This document shows, piece by piece, positions 33,725-47,730 of a stretch of DNA of 64,000 bases. Origin of the DNA: the human T2T-CHM13v2.0 reference genome, Homo sapiens. The position numbers and the translations under genes were made by a program. The notes beneath the pieces are model-generated. The model searched no databases and was not told the DNA's origin. It saw only the letters and a list, made by a program, of their open reading frames with translations. The first letter of the stretch is position 1, and the number at the start of each line of letters is the position of its first letter. The stretch is from NCBI RefSeq assembly GCF_009914755.1, contig NC_060947.1. One strand, 5' to 3'.

Positions 33725-35418
33725 GAGGAAGGAAAAACATTTTTTGCCTCATGAATTTAGCAAAGTCAATTGTAAGTGGTACATGCTATTCCTGAGCACC
33801 CTTTTAACAACTCTTTGTAGATCAGAAAGTAAAATCTCAGAATGGTGGTTTCTGAGCCATTGGGGAGGGTGGGGCACAAGAGGCACCATGACACTGTGTT
33901 ATGGTTCCTCTGTGATCACCGTCTTAACCCTCCTATAGCAGCACGTTTGTTCTTACACGATTCAGTTAACTTAGTGGAATGCCGGTGGTGGTGAGGGAAG
34001 CTTGTTCTGCAGAGGTAAGACGAGGAGTTATAAATTGGCTCTGGGGGTCATCATCCCGCTGCCAAGGCTGACTGCAACTCCCTTTTCTTCTGTCTCCTGT
34101 ACTGTCTCGTTCTGGGCTCCCAGAGACCCCAAAAACACTGGGCTGTGCTTGTGGTCTTACTGTGTGTCTCTTCTTTGATGGAGACACCAGCTTAGTCAGC
34201 ATAGCTGGCCAACTTTGTATCACCAGGGCATAGCTATGCGTAGAAATTCCTAGCATGGGAGTTCCTGAGTCGGAAGGTGTGTCCGTTGTGAATGTTCAGA
34301 GACATTTCTGAGTTTCTCAGACCCTTTCACATCATCTCTAGCATAGGATATTTGTAGTTTGTTTGTTTGTATTCTCTGAATGTGATAGGTGAAATATGGT
34401 TTTCTATTTACATTTGCATTTCCGTAGTTATGGGAGTGAAGTCAGGTATCATTCCATATGTTTAGAAGCAAGGTAGATGTGATTCTTTTTTTGAGCTAGA
34501 AGTACATATTTAGTGATAAAGATAGACAGTCTAAAATCTGTTCAAAGGAAAGCCATGCCACAGGAGAACTGGTTGGTGGGAGGAGAGAGCGAAGCCTCAG
34601 GGCATCTGCTGGCTGGTTTCACTGAGTAGGTACTTAAAAGACTCTTGGGAAAAGGGATTAAACTTTTGCCCTGAAGGATCTCCAGGAGCCACTGTGTAGA
34701 ATCCCCATTTTGTGTTCTGCAGACCCACTTTCCTTTAAATGAGAGATGTGGACAAAATGATAATGTGGTTTAAATAGAATTTTATTTAAGTAGTATGTGT
34801 AATGAGATATAAAGCAGCGGAGTTTATTTACAAATTTTTATTTCCCAACACACTTTCAATAACCGTGTTAGGAAAAAACCCACAAGCTGTTTTTCCTCTG
34901 CTCTCACACAACACTCAACACAGAAGACTTCTGTGACCAAATGTGCATAGAACTTCTAATACTCCAACTACCTTTATGTGGTTTTCCTTACTACAAAAGC
35001 ACCAATGGGTGCTTTCAAAATTGTTCTTCTTAAAGCCAGAACACGTATTCTTCTCTATCTAAATTTAAATCTCTATTTAAATCTCCCCGCCCTCCTCTTT
35101 CTCCATTCCTAGGCAACCACTAATCTGCCTTCTGTCTCTATGGATTAGGTAGCATTTTCTAGCATTTTATGTAGAGCTCCAGGATGGAGCATGTACCCTT
35201 ACAAGTGGCTAGTTCATGAAAGGAACTCTGCAGGTAGTTCATAGATTGAGACACCAACATATTCATATTCTATATTGCTCTGCTTAAAAGCGTGATCAAA
35301 TGGTAAACTAGCTTGCCCAAGCCTTGTTTGACTTGTTGCAATTGTCTGCCCCCATCTGCAAAAATGTGATGAGGGAAAGAGGTATATACATCTCTGTGTA
35401 AAGCACAGGAATCCGTGG

Positions 35419-35566
35419 TTTTTTGTTTGTTAAAGACAGGTTCCTGCTCTTTTGCCTAGGCTGGAGTGCAGTGGTGCGATCATAGCTCACTGCAGCCTCG
35501 AACTCTTGGGCTCAAGCGATCTTCCCAAAGTGCTGGAATTACAGGCGTGAGCCGTCGCACCTGGCC
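35419..35566 (-). mobile_element. Alu monomer or internally deleted Alu
   Basis: Single-arm-length antisense Alu sequence. Confidence 0.75.
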
Positions 35567-37694
35567 TCTCCATGGTTTTTTAAACATGATTTGAATAGTG
35601 GTTCACGGATAAACTCCCCTCCCTGTAGTGACAGCTGCTACACGTCTTATTTTGTAGGCTCATTTTATCTTTGTATGTGTGGGGACCAGGGGACCAGGCA
35701 GCCAGGATAGGATTGCGATGGGCCACTTTCACAAAGCGGTGGCATCTTGTTTCACAGGCATGGGCAACGTGGACCTTGTGGTCGTTGAGAAGCTGGTGCT
35801 GGGAAAGCGATGCGGGAGGAGACAGGCGGATCACTATCTCCGCAGACAAATGAGGGCCAGCGCTTCCTCTCGCCCAGGGCAGTGGGAGCTGGAGACAAAG
35901 AACTTGTAACAATCAGCCCTACCAAGTGCATGTATGTTCTTCCTTGTGAGGTCCAGGTGGCATCCACGGCCCGAGATGTCAGGGGAGGGGTGCTGCCCAG
36001 GAGTCAGATCTGTCGGTTAGGTCAGGAGGAGAGGCTGAGGCTGGCAGTTTTGCTTTTCTCTTTCTTCCCAGGCGGTTTGTTGTTCTGTCTCTACTTGGCA
36101 GGGGAGTGCTCCTTGCAGGAAAGTTCAGGGCAGACATGTAGCCTTTTATTATGTGTATGTGTGTGTCCAGTTTTTTTCCACTGCACTGTTTTCCTAGGTG
36201 CCCAGGCCCACCCCTGGAGAGTCCTGGGCAGGTCTTGAATGGATCTGGGCTCTGGAATCTTCACACAGAGCCACAGGCTATTTTGCTGGGCATTAGCAGC
36301 GGATCTACCGCTTGCTGGCCTTAAGCACAAGTTCTTGGGAAGGTTAAGGCCAGAAACCGGGTGACCCTTTGGCATTTTCCTCGTTAACTTAGCCCAGTTG
36401 GGTTAGTGCAAAAGGGAGGTCTGCCTGATGCCCTCAAGCTGCTCCGGAGGAGAGGAAGCAGGGTTGGGAGGGTGGGGAAGGACCGAGAAGGGGACGGCAG
36501 CTCCTAGCTTAGCTGGGCTCATCCTATCCACTCGGTGCCAGGGACCGTGGCTGTTGCCTGTTGCTGTCTTCTCTCTGAAATCTGCGTTAACAGCTCTAGG
36601 GACAGAGTCATCCATTTTTCTCCCTTCAGAGGCAAATGGCTGTTAAGTTCAGCTTCTAAAAAGCACCTGTAATTTCAAACACCCTAGGGAAAATTTCTTT
36701 TAAATATCACATCATAAATTATTTTCTAAAGCTTTGCAATTACCCTTTTGGCTTTTTCCCCAAACATGCATTATAATATTAGTTTTGTTTACAGCAAATC
36801 CACCTGCCACCTTGTCACAGACCCCACTCTGGGCAGTTTCTCTTGAACCGGTCATGTGTTGCGAGTCATTTTGTGGGGGCCAAATCGTGGATAGGGTTGA
36901 TTCATGTCACTTCCTGCCTCTTTGCTGGCAGCCCTAAACCCTCTTGTGAATCTAATTACATCCACTAAGCTTGCATTCAGGAGCAGCTTAGCAGCAGAGG
37001 GAAGGGTTTTCTGCATCAGGCTGCAAGGGTTTGCGAGACCATGTGGTGTGGTCCTGCATTTGAAGAGAAAAGGCTGCATGTCGAGGGAGAGCACTCATGT
37101 TTGCTAGGATCTGGTTTCTTACAACATGCGTCCCGTCTTGGGCATTGCTAAGGTGCCCTGACTGCTGCTCCAAGCCCACATTGTGCTGTGCCCCCCTCTG
37201 CTGCTGGCTCCTTGGAGCTGTCCTGGAGCAGGTGGCCCTGCAGCCCTAAGGTTGATTAGCACAGATGTTCCGGGAGCTGCTACTCGCAACGGTGGCAGCA
37301 GTAAGGGGCCGCCTAAGACGTCAGCAGGTTTACACCCCCACCCCACTCCCCCAGCACCCCACCCCCTCCAGAACTACTCCTGAGGCAGAAATGGTGCATG
37401 GTCAGATGGAGGGCATGCTCCTTAGTGGGGACACTGGAGGACGTCAGGTGAAACCCATGCCTTCGAGGCTGTCTGATGTCTTTGTCTGTGATTCAGGAGT
37501 GGGTATTTCTATTCTGTGAGCATTTGGGGTCTAATGGCTGTTTGCTACTGTGCTTATTTTCTTGTTAAAACAAAGGAGACCCTGACTGGTTTAGGCTATT
37601 TTCCATTATTGTTTTTATTTCATTTATTTATTTTATTATGAGTGAAGGAAAGAAAGGAGAGAGGGAGGGAGGGAGGATGGGAAGGAAGGAAGGA

Positions 37695-38187
<493 letters not shown>

Positions 38188-41100
38188 TAAGTAAAATCAG
38201 GAGAAAAAAGAAAACCACATAGATCAGAATTGTTTTATTTTGGGGAAAGTTACTTCTATTGGGGTTTTGCCTTAGTGTGTGGTTTAGCTAATTTAATCAG
38301 ATGAATCAATGTTTGCAAATAGTGATGGTTTCTAATATAGTAAGACTTACAGAGAATGTTTAGCTTATTTTTGTGTTGTTTTGGGGTCTCTGGAGGACCT
38401 GTATGTGCTATGCAGTGGGATCCACACTGTACAGGTTAAGTTTATTTTGAGGTTCAAGGAATTGAGAAGTTAGCATTAGCCTTAACGATGAAGTTTAAAT
38501 GACTTTTATTTTTTTATCGGTTCCACAAATGATGTAGACTTTTATTTTTTAAAACAGAGCAGCTGTAATGAGATCCACCAAATTGAAAGCCCTGAGCTTT
38601 AGGAGAAAAGGTTGATCTACACTGGTTGAATTCCCAGTTTGCTATTGGCTTGGAAAGAAGAGTGTTCTGGTGAGATTTTGAGAGCAGACTCTGGGAATGT
38701 CCTCTCTTGAGACTTGAGGGCGCAGGGATCTGGGGACAGGTCTTGGTGTCTGTCATCTGGGAGGTAGTGTCCTGCGAGAGGCAGCAGCCCAGCAGACACC
38801 AAGGGCCCCTGGGATCACGTGCTGACCTCTTAGTGGGCTTAGCAGGGCAGGAGGCCCACATGTGGCTTCTGTCCAGTGTGCCACTCGCCCTTGCAGTCAC
38901 CCCTAAAGGACAGGTAGATGAGGCCTTTGCAGGTCGAGACGTCCCCAAAGGCTCTGTCTGTCCCACATGGAGCACACTGAGTGGGTCCCCTCTCTGTCCA
39001 TCCCGTCCTTGGCTGTGGTGGCACTGGCACGCTGTGGCATGCTCTGCCCTGCACTGGCCGCTTTGTCCAGATGGAGACAAACGTGCTTTCAGTGTGTTGC
39101 CAAGGGGCAGGGAGAGGTGATATTGGCAGAGCCATGAGCGATGGCTGCCCGGCAGGTCATAAAGGCGGAGTAAATGTCGCCTCTTCTTAGAACTGTCACC
39201 TCAAGCCCGGTTACCACTAACACCCATTGGTTCCAAGGTGGGAGAGTTTGGGGGAAGAAATGAAGTACCCGACACAGCCTTGGCCCTTTCTACAAAGTGA
39301 GGGGCATACCTTATCTGTAACAAAAGCCTGTTTTTTTTGTTGTTGTTGTTTGTTTGTTTTAATGTCACTTGCTAATTTATTCACACAAAGAAAATGCTCC
39401 ATAATGAAAACAACTTCATCCCATGTCTCCCTCCCACCCACACACACTCAAACCCCTCCTGTCCCCAACTGCAAGATGCGTTCCTACGTCTTGGCTATCT
39501 GAAGGTACTTTTAGAACCAAATCCTCATAAAAACCATTTAGAATAGTTGCCTGATAACTTGGTTTTATTGTTAAAGAAAGCCTGTTTGTGGCAGTTAGAG
39601 TCCAAAGGCCTTTGGAATGGAATGGAGTGGCATGTTTAAGGAGAGTGCTCAGAAGGCTTTGCTGAATGGTAGTCATGACAGCATTGATGGGGAGGTGAAG
39701 TGGGCTGATTAAATAACTCGAGTAGTTCCGACGTCCAGACCATGTTTTGGTAAGGTAGCCAGCGTCATGGACAGGGCAGGTAGCAACAGTTCTCTGCACC
39801 ACGGAGGGTAGTTGTACCATTTACTCTGCTGGTTGTGGGTGTGCTTGCCTTTAATAGTACGGAAAGCAAGGCCATTGGTCTGCAGTTATAGTAAATGACA
39901 AAGAAGAGGAAGGAATCAGATCTTTCTTCAGTGATTTCACTACTTTGATTTGCCAACTATGACATGGTGGTTTATTAAATGTAAAGACACAGAGGAATGT
40001 TCTCTGGCTCAATGCCCTTGCAAAGAAAAGGATGCCTGCCACCCTCTCGGTGAGATGATAAGTGATCAAATAAGGGAAGATTTTTATCAGCCATTCGGCA
40101 TATGTCGATCCCATGTGAGTGGACGTCTGGCTTACCATAGTGACCACATGTGCAGTGGTATTTAATAGTTCTCTGAATGTGTATAGGATCTGTAAAAAGT
40201 TTGGAATAAAAGCACAAGCTTCCTTTGGAGAAATGTGATTTAGTTGTAATAGCATTTCACTACTGCCACATTCAGTTCACCTGTGGTGGTAGTGCCTGTA
40301 ACTTTGCATTCAGAGGAATTCGTGGACCTTCCTCCCTCTGCCTCCCCGATTTTGCCACTGAGTTTCATCTCTTTTCATGGTCTGGGCTCAATGTTTCTTT
40401 GCTGTGCTGTGACTGTAAAGTCTCTTTTATTGGTTACTTTCCCTAAACCTCGTATCTCTTCTCTATACCTTGGTTTTTGTTTTTCTATGAAGAGTATCTT
40501 CTTAACTCTTCTAGTACCTTGAGTAACCATGGGCTCTGGGAAGGGAATTTGAGGACAAATTGAGTAAAAATACAGTAAATTATTATGGGCTTTATGTAAT
40601 GAGCAGAACATCAGAAAGGGCTAGGTGGGGATATTGTTTGCTGAGCTCTAGTGGGCAGAATTCCACAAAGGGCTAGGGGAGATTGTTTCTTGAAATCTCT
40701 TTCCTTTCCCTTTGCGTCTATTTACATGGCTAGAGCGCTTTATACATAGCATAGCATTTAGAGAACAGCAGTCTGCAATCCCTTGTTGCTTTTTTTTTTT
40801 TTTTTTTTTTGGTATGGCTTTTGCCATGTGTATACTGATATGTTGACTCAACAAGTTAAACTTTTTGTGTCTTTTTTCTTATATCCGTGGTGTTCATCCT
40901 TAGGGCTATATAAAACGAGTCATATTAATGACTGCACACTTGAATGTGCTGAGTTTCTTTGCCAACAAATTCATTCTGTTGAAACATAGCCAGGAAATTG
41001 TGTGGGTGCCCTTTTTAAAACATCAAGCTGAATGAAATGATGATTTGACACCTGGGGCATATATATGGTTGAACACAAGTGGTTTGGATACTGGGACAGC

Positions 41101-43540
41101 GATCGTCTTTTTTTTTCCTTTTCTTTCCAACAGTAATGGGTTTATAGAAATGAACATTACAGAGGTTAATGGGAAAAACAAGTCATTCGGGTCTGCTCCA
41201 CTCCTCTGTTCTGTGCCGCTCGGTTCTGCCTGTGGCTTCTGTGGCATTCCTCTGCAGTCTTTTCTGCCATAGGACCCAGGTTGAACACCAGAGGTGGAGG
41301 CCAGAGGCGGGGCACGCTCTTGCTAGGGGTGAGGCAGGCAGGCTGGCCAGGTGGAGAGCAACTCTGGGGCTCTCACCCCACGTGAATGCTGCTGCTGGGC
41401 CCTGGCGTTTGCTTACAATGAGGCTCTGATGTCTCAGTTTCAGCTACTTAGGTCATTTGGGAATTTTTATCTTGCCTCAGTTCTCTTCATGTTTAAAAGC
41501 AGGAACTACTTGCCTCTTATCTCCTAGGACCATAGACTTTATCAGACATGATGTCACCATTCACGCAGGCATTGCCGCACCACTGCCTGGGAAAAGACAC
41601 TGCATATAAATCTTCCCACAGTGCCTTTAGGGGGCGACTTTTCTTATAGAAAATACATGCAGAGTTAACCATTTCTAGAGTGCTCTGGCGTACTTGTATA
41701 CATTCATGTGATGTATGTGAGAAGCACTCCCACCACGTGGTTAAAATCATTCCTTTAGGTCCCGTCTTCCAGGAGCTTGCAGCTGAGTGGGCTGAAGAGC
41801 TCTCACAAGTGCGGACTCAGAGAGGAAGGAAGGGTGGAAGTTGATCCAGGAAAGTCTTTGCTGAGGACAGGCCAGCGGAGCGATCCTTTGTAGCTGAGCC
41901 AGTTTTGAGAGGCAGATATAAACGTCTGCCAGCCATACTAGGTGCTCCAAAGCTGGAAGCCATAGCTGGAAGTTCTAGTGAGAACAGTAGAGGGGGAGGC
42001 TTGGGAGAGGGAGGTGGAAACGTAGGATGGGGCCAGCACCCAGTGGCTCACACACAGCTGCTCAGGTGGTGCAGACACTCCTGTCCCACTGCAGCCCAGA
42101 CTTCCTTGGTCTTGGGGAAATGAGAATTTGCTTTATCTGCCAAGACCCTAGATGCTACAGACGCTGCCGGCCCAGGGAGCATGCTCTGAGAACCCCTGGA
42201 CTAGACCACAGAGAACCTAGGAGCATGGACTTCCTTTTGTGGAAACTGGGAGCAGCTGATGGTTCTAGAGTGAGGGCAAGACCTGGCCAGGGCTGTGTTG
42301 CATGCAGGGAGACTGATCTGGCAGGAGGTGCAGGCAGACTGGGAGAGGAAGAAGCCTTCCGGAGGATTGGCAGGAAAAGGAAGGAAGCAGAGTCAGAGCT
42401 GGGGTTCATTTGATGTTTGCAGAGAGGTGGTTTTTGTTTAAAGGATTAGAAGAGTGTGAGCAATTGCCAGGTAAATTCCCTTCTCCCCAGACCCTGGGGT
42501 CTGACATCAGGAAGCTTGTCACAGTCCCTGAGGCCCCCAGACTGTTTCCAGGGCTTCCCATCCTGGACCGGTATCTGCAAGGCCTTTCCAACTGCAGACT
42601 CTTCTTTCAAAACCTGCTCTTCCTTATCTCCAAGAAGCCCTTAGAAACTATTATTTATCTGTTTTCCCACAAAACGTTCCTCAGCTCCCAGTGTAGGCCA
42701 AAAGCCCCCCACGTATGTAATACCACCAACACCCCCCGCCCCCCATCGCAGTTTCCAGGCAGGGGGACCAGGTGGGCCTGTGTTTCAGACCGTAGGCTCC
42801 CAGCAGGCCAAGGCGCCTCCCCTCCCAGACCCTGCCTTGGCCTCCAGCCAGTGCTCTTACTGTGCACTTAGTTAGCTGGGGGCACGAAACACAAACTATT
42901 TGTCTTGGGAGGAGGTGCTTCTTTGCTTTCTTCTAAAAGGTTAGGAAAATAACCCAACACTCGTGATTTTTTTTTTCTTTTCTTTTTTTTTTTTTTTTTT
43001 TTTAGTTTGAGGGAAGGGAAGGAATTCTGCTCTTTGTGAATAATAAAGATTTCATTGAAGCAGTTCTTGTAATAATTCCTTTTAAAAATAAAACAGGATA
43101 TTTGATATCTAATCTGTTCTTTCTTTTTTTTTAGAGATGGAGTCTTGCTCTGTCACCCAGGCAGAAGAACAGTGGTGCAATAATAGCTCGCTGCAGCCTT
43201 GAACTCCTGGGCTCAAACATACAGCTGTTGTTCTTAATGTTCAATGACATCCTAGCATTTTTTTATATTTGTGTTCTAAACCCTGTCCTTTAAAAAAAAA
43301 AAAAAAAAACCCAAACACTACCTAGCATATAAAATTACTCTAAAAAATTGAAGTAAGTTTCAATGAAGTTTGGTATACAATCCATGGGGAAGGGATTTCA
43401 GGGGAACCCACCATTAGAATGAATCATTCCATCTGGAGTACCAGAAAACTCGATATTGTCGATACCATGGTGTTTTGTTATATGAAAGGAATAGTATGCA
43501 TTGGCTAAACATTATGTTTTGGAAGAATGATAATGGCCTG

Positions 43541-43680
43541 GGCTGGGTGTGGTGGCTCATGCCTGTAATCCCAGCACTTTGGGAGGCCGAGGTGGGAGGA
43601 TTGCTTGAGCCCAGGAGTTCAAGACCAGCCTGGGTGACATGATGAGACTTCATCTCTTTAAAAAATTTTTGAATTAAATA
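43541..43680 (+). mobile_element. FLAM_C-like Alu monomer
   Basis: Left-arm monomer; TSD aatgataatggc. Confidence 0.8.
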
Positions 43681-43949
43681 AATAAAATTTTTAAATGATA
43701 ATGGCTTGGGAGAATGATCACAAAACCAGGCAGACTGGGGAAAGAAAGGCACTCGTCAAGTCTGCAGGATGAAAGGGAATACACAGAAACATGTCTGTCC
43801 TGCACATGAGACCCACGGTTCTAGGGACAAGGTGGTTTAAAGTGTTTAAAGAGTGCGTGGCTTGTGCAGGAGGAAACACCACAGCCTTCAGTCTACTCAA
43901 GTCCTTCTGGGAGCCCTTGAAACTCAGCCAGAGGGACCGGGAGTGTAGG

Positions 43950-43968
43950 CGGGCTCTAGGTGGCGCCA
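43950..43968 (+). promoter_or_regulatory. Candidate CTCF motif
   Basis: GGGCTCTAGGTGGCGCC resembles the CTCF core CCWCYAGGTGGCGC; motif match only. Confidence 0.35.
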
Positions 43969-44053
43969 GAGCACTCTGTCCCCAACTCCACGGGTCTGTG
44001 ATTGAGCGACCAGCATGTAGGGGCTGAAGGTCCTCCCCACCATCTCCTTATCA

Positions 44054-44581
<528 letters not shown>

Positions 44582-45059
44582 GCCACAATTCGTATAAGAA
44601 CTGCTGACCGTGTCATATGTAAGAACACATATATCTGTATATTATCTTTTTAAAAAGCAGCTTCTGGGTTTGTTTTCATTTTTTCATTGCCTCATACAGC
44701 ATTGCTCATTCTCTTCAGACAGTTTGGAAAGAGTGTGTGCTTGTGCAGGAATAAACCAGGTGAGATGCATTTTCTGAAGGCATGGAAGTCTCACTTCCAG
44801 GCAGGTTCCCTGCCTGCCTCCGACAACTCCCACCCAAGATGCCTTCTGCACATGCATTCCCGTCCATGGGGAGCCCTCTTCCATGCCATCAGCCTCTCTG
44901 GCTGTGACGCCCCTGTTCGGACTGTCCTATCTTCCTCTTTCCCTGGCCTGCATTTTGACCTCAACCCTGTATCTTTTTGTCCCCGCCGATGGACACATCC
45001 ACAGGGATGTCCCATAGCTATGGGAGATGCACAATATACACTTTGGGTTTTTGTTGTTG

Positions 45060-45470
45060 TTGATAATTATGGTAAAATACACATAAAATTTACCATCCTA
45101 ACCATTGTAATGTTCAGTAGCATTAAGTGTATTCACATCATACAACCAATCTCCAGAAACTTGTTTCATCTTGCAAAACAGAGGCTCTATATGCATTAAA
45201 CAGCAACTTCTCAGTCTCCCCTCCCCCACCCCCTGGCAACCACCATTCTACTTTCTGCATTCATGATTTTGACAAATCAGGTACCTCATATAAGTTGAAT
45301 CATACAGCATTTGTCCTTTTGTAACTGTCTAATGTCACGTAGCATACCATCCCCAAGGTTCTTCCATGTTGTAGCATATGTCAAAATTTCCTTTTCATTG
45401 ACAAGTAATATTCCATTGTATGGAATAGACCACATTTTGTTTGTCCATTCTTCCACCCATGGAACAGTAT
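45060..45470 (-). mobile_element. L1MB-like 3' fragment
   Basis: CCCCTGGCAACCACCATTCTACTTTCTG...AAGGTTCTTCCATGTTGTAGCATATGTC. Confidence 0.78.
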
Positions 45471-45977
45471 ACGTTTTGACTAAATGGCCAGCTGTTAAAG
45501 TCTGTATTAGATATAAGCTGAGTATCATCATTATAGAATAAACTTCTAAGGTAAAAGTAAATCTGAAATGATATTATTATTACAATTTTGTTTTAAAACA
45601 TAATGTTCCGATTTCAACAGAATGATTTTGGTCCAGGAACGGGATTGTTTAGCCTTCTCAGCTGCTAGAAGGCTTCTGTGGTCACTGCCTTATTCATTTG
45701 CAACACTGAATTAATTCTTATTTTAGCCTGAGGCCAGTGGAAGGTTGAGATGTATTTTGGGTTTTTTGGCTAACTGCTGGTTTAGGTTAATGTTACCAGC
45801 AAGCTGCTGTCTCCCCGATGTAACTGACCAAGCTAAAGGGCTAATTTCTCTTCATACTTGGATTTAAGGAATCGGTGCATGGGGATGATTCATTTTATTT
45901 GAAACAGTTCTGCAAACTGAAGCTTTGTGTACATGGGGAGGAAGATACTTCCTGGATATTTTCAGAAGCAGATTTAA

Positions 45978-46110
45978 GGCCGAGCATGGTGGCGCATGCC
46001 TGTAATCTCAGTGCTTTCGGAGGCTGAGGCAGGAGAGTTGCTTGAGGCCAGGAGTTTGAGACCAGCCTGGGCAACATAGCAAGACCTCATCTCTACAAAA
46101 AATAAAAAAT
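45978..46110 (+). mobile_element. FLAM_C-like Alu monomer
   Basis: Left-arm monomer; TSD agcagatttaa. Confidence 0.8.
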
Positions 46111-46511
46111 TAAAATTATTATGTTTTTAAAAGCAGATTTAAGATGATTACTCTCCATTTTGATCATCTTTGCTGCATGAAAAGTGGCCCCAAAATTAGT
46201 GGTGTCAAACAGAAGTTCTAGTTGTAAAATTGAGCACAAAGCAATTGGCCTATACGGAGGTACTCAGAAGCATGCTATGTGTTAGGGCTGGCTATTTCAA
46301 GATTTAAAAATATGCTCTAGAAAATCTCTAAAAGGTAGTTATCTGCACATGATAGAAGGGTTGGGGAGGGAGGCGGTGTAAACAGTCACTGTGCTAGGGT
46401 TGCAGGCAGCAGACAGTCGCAGGGGCGTAGCAGCATTCCTGCCATGCAGCTGAGATGGGGTTACTACATCTCTAAGGCAGTGCTCCAGCTGCAGGGCTGC
46501 AGATGTTCCAT

Positions 46512-46630
46512 ATCTGTGCTGCCCAGGCAGTAGCCACTACCCACATGTGGCCATTGAGCACTCGCAATGTGGCCAGAATGACCAAGGAACTGAACTTTGG
46601 ATTTTGTCACTTTGAATAAATTAACCACTT
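46512..46630. mobile_element. MER3-like DNA transposon remnant
   Basis: GTAGCCACTACCCACATGTGGCCATTGAGCACTCGCAATGTGGCCAG...GGAACTGAAC. Confidence 0.7.
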
Positions 46631-47067
46631 ATGAATAAGGATAAGTGACTTCCCTCCTCCCTCTTGACTCGTCAGTGGCTACACCCGGGATTGATGTCCA
46701 TCTGTCCAGGGCCAAAGCTAGGAATAGAGGCAGGGCACAGCTGCGACTCACTCTCTCCCTTCCCCCATGACAGGGGCCTTCCGCGGGGCTGGCTTGAGCA
46801 GCAGCAGATGCCCAGAAGCTTTGGGCCTTGGTTCTGGCTGCTGGCTGGGTTCCTCAGTCTTTTTCCACGTTGCCTCTGCAGGGGCCATACGTGCAAATGA
46901 CTTCCTTCTCTCCTGTGTCTGGTGCGTGGGGCCAGGAGGTTGGGCGACAGCTGGGGCTGCCTGGTGTCGCTTTCCATACGGCCTTATCCACGTGGCTCAC
47001 TTGGGCTTCCTCATGCCATGGCATGGCACGGTCACTGGATTCCTCATAATCTGTCACACGTATATAT

Positions 47068-47356
47068 TTTTTAAAAGACAGGGTCTTGCTCTGTCCCCCA
47101 GGCTGGAGTGCAGTAGCGCAAACACGGCTCACTACAGCCTCAACCTCCTGGGCTCAAATCATCCTCCCACCTCATTCTCCCTAGTAGCTGCAACCACAGA
47201 TGCGCGCCACCACGCCCGGCTGATTTTTAAATTTTGTGCTGAGATGGGGTCTTGCTATGCTACCCAGGCTGATCTCAAACTCCTGGCCGAAAGCAATCCT
47301 CCCACGGCAGTCTCTCAAAGTGCTGGGATTACAGGTGTGAGCCACAGCACCCGGCC
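47068..47356 (-). mobile_element. Alu (J-like)
   Basis: Antisense Alu body. Confidence 0.85.
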
Positions 47357-47625
47357 ATTTGCATGCATACTTTGTGAGAACAAAATCTGTTGCTAATATT
47401 CTTATATGTGCTTGCTAATGATAGTTTATCTGGGAGAACTTTTATTGTACCCATGGAGAACTGCTGACCCTCTAAACCAGCTAGTAGCCCAGTTATTCCC
47501 GAAGCAGGGCTGAACTAGCGTCGTCTTGAGTGTCAGACGTTTTCTTTTCCTAGCCTTCTCTTTTTCTCCCCTTTCCTCCAGTTTCAGTCAGTCTAGTTTA
47601 TTTTCTTCATTAATTAACTATAAAG

Positions 47626-47730
47626 GAAGATGAAAGAAGTTGTGGATGTCATAGCACAGAGAAAGCCAGCTGAAAATGAAATTCACATGGCCAGAACCTT
47701 CCTTACGAGGATTTTGAGAAATTCCATGAG
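47626..47730 (+). CDS. SHROOM2: Candidate alternative in-frame cassette exon of SHROOM2 (105 nt, 35 codons) between exons 2 and 3
   Basis: ataaag|G AAG ATG ... ATG AG|gtacag; phase 2/2, no stop, joins exons 2 and 3 in frame as KRKMKEVVDVIAQRKPAENEIHMARTFLTRILRNSMRRSEL; an in-frame TAA lies immediately upstream of the acceptor AG. Confidence 0.6.

Noticed and set aside
40440-40528. Pyrimidine tract followed by a possible 30-nt microexon (40493-40522)
   Set aside because: Contains TAA in the required phase-2 frame and the donor GTAACC is weak
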